DNA of 64,000 bases from Acidobacteriota bacterium (GTDB lineage Bacteria; Acidobacteriota; UBA890; WLXD01). The notes below the pieces were generated by a model. That model was not told where the DNA came from. It searched no databases and saw only the letters and a list, made by a program, of their open reading frames with translations. Positions within the stretch are counted from its first letter, which is position 1. Each line of letters starts with the position of its first letter. The position numbers and the translations under genes were made by a program. Location: the NCBI GenBank assembly GCA_965205505.1, contig CBDBHB010000008.1, forward strand, positions 1,120,001 to 1,184,000, given 5' to 3'. Below are positions 58,589 to 64,000 of the stretch, one piece after another.

Positions 58589-60997
58589 GCGTTCGCTTTT
58601 GGGGTCGCAAAGCGGCTGCTCGACGACCTGTGCGGATCGGCGCTCGCCGAGGATGCCTACCTCGAGCTCTGTGCCAGGTTCGATGTAGGCGATCGGCAAG
58701 TACGCGAAGCCGATCGACTTCTGAACGCTATGGCCATAGCCGCCCGACGCGATGTAGGCGATCGGCTTTCCGTCTGCGTAGACCGGCTCGAAGCCAAGTG
58801 CATCCGCATCATCGGCGTCGATGACGAGGCAGGTGAGCTGGCGATCGACGCCTTGCTTTTTCTGCTCGAGGAGTGCGTCGCGGCCAATGAAATCGCCCTT
58901 CTCGAAATCGACGAAACGCTCCATTCCAGCCTGGAGCGGTGTCCAGTCCGCCGACATATCCGCTCCCCAGAGCCGGTACGCCTTCTCGAGCCGCATCGAC
59001 TCGAGCGCCCGATATCCCCAATCGACGATCCCGTACTGTGCACCCTCCTTCATCAACAGATCGTAGAGGGTTCGCTGGTACTCCATGGGTGTGTGCAGCT
59101 CGTAGCCGAGCTCACCGACGAACGAGACTCGCAACGCCCTTACAGGCACCTTGTCGAAGGTCAACTGCTTGCAGCGGAAGAACCGGAACGCCTGATTGGA
59201 AATGTCCGTGGTGGTGAGCGGTTGGATGAGATCGCGTGAGCGGGGCCCCGCCACCGTCAGGGTTGTAAGGCTGCTGGTCGTGTTCACCAGGTTTACGCTG
59301 CCGTCGTCGGGCAGGTGGCGCTCGATCCACGCGTGGTCGTGGAGCTCTGTCGCAGCAGCCGAAACGATGTAGTAGTGATCCTCTGCGAGCTTGGTCACCG
59401 TTACATCGCACTCGATACCGCCTTTCGGAGTGCACATCTGCGTCAGGACGATCCGCCCGTTGTTCTTTGGAAGCCTGTTGGCGCAGAGGTAGTCGAGGAA
59501 GCTCTCGGCGCCGGGTCCTGAAACCTCGTACTTTGCAAAGCTCGACTGGTCGAGAATGCCGACGGTCGATCGAACCGCGGCGCATTCCTTGCCTACTGCG
59601 TCGTGCCAGTTTCCTCGACGAAACGAGTACTCGTCTCGCCTCGGTCCATCCGGGTCAAACCACAGCGGGCGCTCCCACCCGAATCGGGCGCCGAAGACGG
59701 CTCCCTTCGCGAGGAGTCGGTCGTACAGTGGATCCGTCTTCAAAGGTCGGCCGGCAGGGAGCTCCTCTTCGGGATAGTGAATCGCGTACTCGCGCCGATA
59801 AACCTCTAGCGCACGTTCCGAGATGTAGCGGGAGGAGGCCGCGTAGTCATCGAACCGCCGCACGTCGAGCTCCCACATGTTGTCGCTCGGCTGCCCATCG
59901 ACGATCCACTCTGCGGCGTACTTTCCAGCTCCACCACCGAAGACGATGCCAAAAATGCTGAAGCCCGCCAGGACGTGAAAGTTCGGCAGGCCCGGTACCG
60001 GACCCATGAGGCAGTGTCCGTCCGGCGTGTATCCGTCGGGCCCGTTGACGAAGGTCTGGATCGGCGCATCCGCGAACAAGGGAACCCGTTCGGCGCAGCC
60101 GGCGAGAGACTCTTCGAGACGATCGAGCGAGGGTTCGAGTAGACGGCTGTGGAAGTTCTCCGGGATTCCGTCGACCCCCCACGTCACGGTCTGGCGCTCG
60201 AAGGGACCGACGAGCAGCGCACCCGCTTCCTCTCGAACATAGAACGATGAATCGGGATCCCTCAGCACGGGCAATTCGCTCGTGAGAGCCTGCACCTCTT
60301 TGAGTGGTGTGGTGATGAGGAATTGGTGTTCGAGGGGAATAATCGGCAGCTCGAGTCCGACGAGACGACCGAGCTGTCTCGCCCACTGGCCCGCGGCGTT
60401 GACGATCACATCGGTACGGATCTCGCCCTTCGTCGTCTTCACGAGCCAGCCATCGCCATCTCGCTCGATCGCTGTTACCCCCGCGTGCTGGTGGATTTCG
60501 GCGCCCGCTGCCGTTGCTCCCCTGGCGAGCGCCTGGGTAACGCCTGCCGGATCCACATAGCCATCGGTCGGAATGTGAGCGACGGCAAGGGCATCGTCGA
60601 AGCTCGCAAGCGGGAAGAGCTCGCGAGCTTGCGCGGGAGTAATGATGTTGAACGGAATACCGAGTGTCTCAGCGATGCCCTTCCGGTTGTTGAATTCGTC
60701 GAGACGATCTTGTGTCGTGCCGATCCGAAGGCTCCCACACTGATGGAAGTCGACCGCCTGTCCGGTTTCGGCCTCGAGCCGGTTGTACAGATCGAGGCTG
60801 TACTGGAGGAGCTTCATCAAGTTCCAGCTCGAGATCATCTGCGTGCACAGACCCGCTGCGTGCCACGTCGAGCCGCTCGTCAACACGTTCTTCTCGACCA
60901 GGACGACGTCGTTCCATCCCAGCTTCGTCAGGTGATAGAGGACGCTGCAGCCCGCTACCCCTCCTCCGATGACGACGACTTGCGCTTCGCTTCGCAC
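58577..60997 (-). CDS. GcvT-family FAD/folate-dependent oxidoreductase (dimethylglycine dehydrogenase-like)
   Basis: IGGGVAG, GSTWHAAG (covalent His), GPDGYTPDG, GWERPLWF, VSFVGELGYELH, SMRLEKAY. Confidence 0.92.
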   Translation of the reverse strand: MRSEAQVVVIGGGVAGCSVLYHLTKLGWNDVVLVEKNVLTSGSTWHAAGLCTQMISSWNLMKLLQYSLDLYNRLEAETGQAVDFHQCGSLRIGTTQDRLDEFNNRKGIAETLGIPFNIITPAQARELFPLASFDDALAVAHIPTDGYVDPAGVTQALARGATAAGAEIHQHAGVTAIERDGDGWLVKTTKGEIRTDVIVNAAGQWARQLGRLVGLELPIIPLEHQFLITTPLKEVQALTSELPVLRDPDSSFYVREEAGALLVGPFERQTVTWGVDGIPENFHSRLLEPSLDRLEESLAGCAERVPLFADAPIQTFVNGPDGYTPDGHCLMGPVPGLPNFHVLAGFSIFGIVFGGGAGKYAAEWIVDGQPSDNMWELDVRRFDDYAASSRYISERALEVYRREYAIHYPEEELPAGRPLKTDPLYDRLLAKGAVFGARFGWERPLWFDPDGPRRDEYSFRRGNWHDAVGKECAAVRSTVGILDQSSFAKYEVSGPGAESFLDYLCANRLPKNNGRIVLTQMCTPKGGIECDVTVTKLAEDHYYIVSAAATELHDHAWIERHLPDDGSVNLVNTTSSLTTLTVAGPRSRDLIQPLTTTDISNQAFRFFRCKQLTFDKVPVRALRVSFVGELGYELHTPMEYQRTLYDLLMKEGAQYGIVDWGYRALESMRLEKAYRLWGADMSADWTPLQAGMERFVDFEKGDFIGRDALLEQKKQGVDRQLTCLVIDADDADALGFEPVYADGKPIAYIASGGYGHSVQKSIGFAYLPIAYIEPGTELEVGILGERRSAQVVEQPLCDPKSERLLS

Positions 60998-61082
60998 GTT
61001 CTTCTTCCTCTCTTGGGTAGCTCGCGGTGTTGTGAGTCACCAGCCGTCCATTCGGGATCGAGCCTCGCCGCAGGCCTCTACA

Positions 61083-61877
61083 TCAGGGCTTGGTCGCCCG
61101 GAAGTTGATGCCGACGGTGCCAAACTCGCTGGCGCTAGACGCCTGCGGGGCGCCGTCGAAGACTTCGGCCTTCCAGGTGATCTCGAAGTCGGTGAAACCT
61201 GCAGCAACGACCGTCGCCTCGAGCTCTGCTTCCAGCAGAGCGCCGGCGATTCAGCCGGTCCACAGATCGATCTTTTGTTTCGCTGCTTCCGGCACTTCCC
61301 GGCTTACCAAAATGTCGCCGATCTGCAGCCGACCGCCGGGGCGCAGCACGCGGAACATCTCGCCGAGGGTCTTTTGCTTGTCGGGCGTCAGGTTGAGCAC
61401 GCCGTTGGAGATCACCACGTCGGCCCAGCCGTCGGGTACCGGGATCCCCTCCATGTAGGCCTCGCGGAACTCGACGTTGCCGATGCCTGACTCCGCAGCG
61501 GCGGCCCGCGCCCTCTCGAGCATCGCCGGGGTCATGTCGATGCCCACGACCTCGCCGTCCGGAACGACCATGCGAGCAGCGACGAGCGAGTCGATACCCC
61601 CTCCTGAGCCAATGTCGACCACTCGCTCACCAGAGGCCAACTCACCCATGGCGAACGGGTTGCCGGTGCCGGCAAACGATTCGATGGCCGCTTCCGAGAC
61701 ACCTTCGAGCCACTCGTCCTGGTAGCCGACGATCTTGGTCAGGGGGCGGCCGGTGTGGAAGTGGAATCCCTTGCCGGGGTTCTCAGCCACGACCTGATAT
61801 TCGTCCTGGATGGCTTTGCGCAGGGTGTCGGTATCGACATCGATGGCTTGTGCCACCAGCGAACGGTCTGCGGTCAT
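61083..61877 (-). CDS. ArsM-like SAM-dependent methyltransferase, predicted selenoprotein (UGA at codon 209)
   Basis: VVDIGSGGGID, GIDMTPAML, DVVISNGVLNL; LWTG-UGA-IAGAL at the conserved ArsM Cys; reading frame continues 55 codons to stop 61083; hairpin after the UGA. Confidence 0.85.
61215..61250 (-). other. Putative bacterial SECIS element
   Basis: mRNA after UGA: aUCGCCggcGCUCUGCU-gga-AGCAGAGCucgaGGCGA, an 8-bp upper stem with a G-containing loop plus a lower stem. Confidence 0.75.
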
Positions 61878-62034
61878 CGGGTTTCTCCTTTTCTCGACAC
61901 GATGAGCCGCGACTTCATTCAGCAAGCCAAAAACGGCCCTGGGCTCGACTAAACTCCCGGGGACGGCCTCCTGCCGCAGCAACGTGGACAATAGCCTAGA
62001 TCAGATGCAGCAATGACTCACGGAGAGCTTTCTC

Positions 62035-62649
62035 ATGAACTGCTCTTGCCGGTCACGCGCAACGCGGCTTGCCGCGGCATCGTGCGCCCTACTTGCACTC
62101 GCCCCGCTCACACCCGCGCCACTCGAACGGCAACCGGCGCCGACCCTGGCACTCACGTTCGAGGCAGCGACTCCGGGCGATGCCGCGGCGCGCGACGAGT
62201 ACGAGGCCATCTGGGCGGAGGAAGGCCCGCGAATTGTTGACGCGATGCGTTCCTACACGGGCCTCGAGTTCCAGGAAAACGAGGACACCGTGCACGTCAT
62301 CGTGGTGGAAGAAGCCAGCTCATCGGGCTTCGGCTCCAGACCGATGAGACTCCGCTCGAGCTACCCGTCCGACACGAAACAAGCGACGCTCATCCACGAG
62401 CTCGGCCACCGTCTCCACGGACGTTTCTTTACGCGTAACGACGAAGATCATCCGACACTCTTTCTGTATCTCTACGACCTCTGGGTGGAGCTTTATGGTG
62501 AGGAGTTCGCCGACGGGCAGGTGGCCGTCGAAAGTCGGCGGCGTGGCTACTACGACTACGAATCGGCTTGGAGTGAGGCGTTGTCGATATCGATGCAGGA
62601 GCGAGCCCGCCGACTTCAGGAGAAGCTAGCCTCCAGGAGGGGCTTCTAG
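62035..62649 (+). CDS. Secreted hypothetical protein with HExxH zinc-metallopeptidase motif
   Basis: TLIHELGHRL; signal-like N-terminus. Confidence 0.7.
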   Translation: MNCSCRSRATRLAAASCALLALAPLTPAPLERQPAPTLALTFEAATPGDAAARDEYEAIWAEEGPRIVDAMRSYTGLEFQENEDTVHVIVVEEASSSGFGSRPMRLRSSYPSDTKQATLIHELGHRLHGRFFTRNDEDHPTLFLYLYDLWVELYGEEFADGQVAVESRRRGYYDYESAWSEALSISMQERARRLQEKLASRRGF

Positions 62650-62656
62650 CAGGGTG

Positions 62657-64000
62657 CTAGTGTTCGCTCAGGCGCGCCAGCGCTTGGTCGAGATGACGGC
62701 GGTACTCCTCTCGGTCCTGCGGCCGCAACCACGCGTCTCTCTGGTCCACACGACGCCAGATCTCCTGGATTACCGCCTTCAGGAACTCGGCGGATGCCCG
62801 CGACGCGTCGTTTGGCGGCGCGTCGGCAAGATACACTGGGGTCGTGTGCGCGAAGGTGTAGTTGTCACCTGAGTAGCGGGCCTTGCCGCCCCGGGCCCGT
62901 GCCGCGACCCAGCGCGCGCCACGCACCGGTATGGACTCGCGAGTTCCCAGACGATTCTGTCCTGGCGGCACGGGCACGGTGTGCGCAACGCGTCCATCGA
63001 CGATGATCTCGACCACGTCCACCGGGGCGATGGTGGCGAGGTCGACAGACACCGTGACGCGATCGCGCGCGCTGATCTCTGATCCGGGCTCGTGGCCGTC
63101 CACCTCGACGAACAGAAGCGGTCCGTTGGTGGCCACAGTGCGGCCGGCCCGGACCGCCTCGATCCAGCGACGCCAGGTGAGCGGGCCGTCCAGTCGAGCA
63201 TAGGTGCGCGCCGCTCCACCGGACGGATCGCGCCAGACGTTGGAGAAGTTATCCGTGCCCCCGGTGGCGGGCAGCCGGACGCCGACGTTGAGCATGTGGT
63301 AGTAGATCGCGGCGCTGGCCATCTCGTCCGACGCGGTGGACACCACGTCGTAGAAGTCACCGCGCCCCAGGATGGCGTGGATGGGAATGTCGGATTGAGC
63401 GGCACCTTCGGGCGTGCCGACGCTCGCGCTGTTCCCGGTGTAGGGGTGCAGGAAACCACCGATGCCGCCGAGGGCGTTGATGGCGTCCAGATACGTGAGC
63501 TTCAGGCCATCCGCGGGGTACGGGGATCCACGCGTGCCGCCGATGAGGGGCATGATGAAGTCCTCCACCCCGAGCAACGCCACGTGCCCGAAGGATCCGC
63601 GGAACTCCTGGCTATACCGCAGGATGGTGTCGTCGGTGGATCCGGAGTAGTCCTGGCCGATGAGGTCACTCCATCGACCCATGATCTTGGTTCCATCCAT
63701 GTGGATCAGATCGTTGGTCACGTGAAGATCGTCGGCCCGCAACTGATCGAAGAACTCCTGCTGGGTGAGGCCCCAGCGGCCCTCGTGCAGGTCGTGCACG
63801 TGGGTGTCGCCCGACACCCAGTCGGATCGGCGCGGGTCAGAGAGCCGCTCCATTCGGAGCTCGATTGTGGTGGTCTCGCCCGCAGCAGCCTGCACCGTGA
63901 CGTCCGCCGGAACCCACTCGAACCCGCGGATTGCCTCGACCCGCACCTCTCCGGCCGGCACGGTAACCTCGAACCGGCCGGTCGAATGGAAGTAGTGGAT
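62657..64000 (-). CDS. CehA/McbA-family metallohydrolase, 3' part (5' end outside the window)
   Basis: RGFE, WVSGDTHVH, SQEFRGSFGH, TGGTD, VATNGPLL. Confidence 0.82.
   Translation of the reverse strand: MHYFHSTGRFEVTVPAGEVRVEAIRGFEWVPADVTVQAAAGETTTIELRMERLSDPRRSDWVSGDTHVHDLHEGRWGLTQQEFFDQLRADDLHVTNDLIHMDGTKIMGRWSDLIGQDYSGSTDDTILRYSQEFRGSFGHVALLGVEDFIMPLIGGTRGSPYPADGLKLTYLDAINALGGIGGFLHPYTGNSASVGTPEGAAQSDIPIHAILGRGDFYDVVSTASDEMASAAIYYHMLNVGVRLPATGGTDNFSNVWRDPSGGAARTYARLDGPLTWRRWIEAVRAGRTVATNGPLLFVEVDGHEPGSEISARDRVTVSVDLATIAPVDVVEIIVDGRVAHTVPVPPGQNRLGTRESIPVRGARWVAARARGGKARYSGDNYTFAHTTPVYLADAPPNDASRASAEFLKAVIQEIWRRVDQRDAWLRPQDREEYRRHLDQALARLSEH

Overview
GC-rich bacterial window; the gene repertoire (Oar-type TonB-dependent receptors, sulfatase-TPR fusions, CRTAC1/ASPIC-UnbV, CehA/McbA hydrolases) suggests an Acidobacteriota-like organism, which is inference. 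Most genes encode exported catabolic enzymes for amines, amides and esters, arranged as duplicated modules: TBDR plus sulfatase-TPR (x2), PA-M28 peptidase (x2), Rieske oxygenase(s) plus SpdH-like flavoprotein (x2 loci, 4 Rieske genes), isochorismatase-like plus small secreted protein (x2, inverted), CehA/McbA (x2) and several amidohydrolases. Main observations: (1) four GbcA/choline-monooxygenase-type Rieske oxygenases all carry twin-arginine leaders and an elongated Rieske motif, have no reductase or ferredoxin nearby, and are followed at both loci by a Tat-type flavoprotein, suggesting a periplasmic Rieske oxygenase system; (2) a cysteine-free ArsM-like methyltransferase has an in-frame UGA at the conserved Cys followed by a SECIS-like hairpin, and is truncated in the ORF track; (3) a 321-bp element with IS6-like ends carries a host gene tail and hairpin; (4) an IS3 element duplicated a start codon on insertion; (5) many short gene fragments are shuffled into junctions, including a 44-nt FG-GAP segment inserted in frame into a TPR gene; (6) a ~150-nt leader is shared by two unrelated genes. 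No rRNA, tRNA or CRISPR array was seen. All calls come from reading motifs by eye, with no database searches.
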